From Amphiscolops sp. MND2022 (taxonomy: Eukaryota), in the NCBI GenBank assembly GCA_964187785.1, contig OZ076413.1:51028001-51092000 (forward strand): DNA of 64,000 bases, read 5' to 3'. Positions 63,951 to 64,000 of the stretch are shown piece by piece. The notes beneath the pieces were generated by a model. That model had not been told where the DNA came from. It made no database searches and was given only the letters and a program-made list of their open reading frames with translations. How positions within the stretch are numbered: the stretch's first letter is position 1; every line of letters starts with the position of its first letter. A program made the translations under genes and the position numbers.

Positions 63951-64000
63951 CAACTCAGAGAGAATAATAATTTTATTAGACATGTATTCCTAATTACAGC

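Overview
AT-rich, intron-containing eukaryotic (invertebrate-like) DNA, mostly transposable elements. Elements with definable ends: a FLYWCH-MULE DNA transposon with a truncated transposase (1944-3789); two CCC...GGG-ended EnSpm-like MITEs (6598-7682, 23657-24519); a complete but decayed Mag-like Ty3/Gypsy LTR element (42593-48195, 5-bp TSD); and a young 5'-truncated RTE-X-like LINE whose ORF2 is broken only at one A7 run (48814-52263, 8-bp TSD). There are also many Helentron-like non-autonomous elements of two families, one carrying a ~185-bp tandem array, plus Gypsy, Copia and CR1/L2 remnants and one 200-N gap. The only host gene I can support is a partial class A GPCR (TM1-TM5, four exons, 53920-57484). 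Its conserved TM2 motif can only be assembled through a non-canonical AG|GA donor, and two further introns have plausible AG|GC donors; this is the most notable observation. All alignments were done by eye, and family names and repeat boundaries need computational confirmation.
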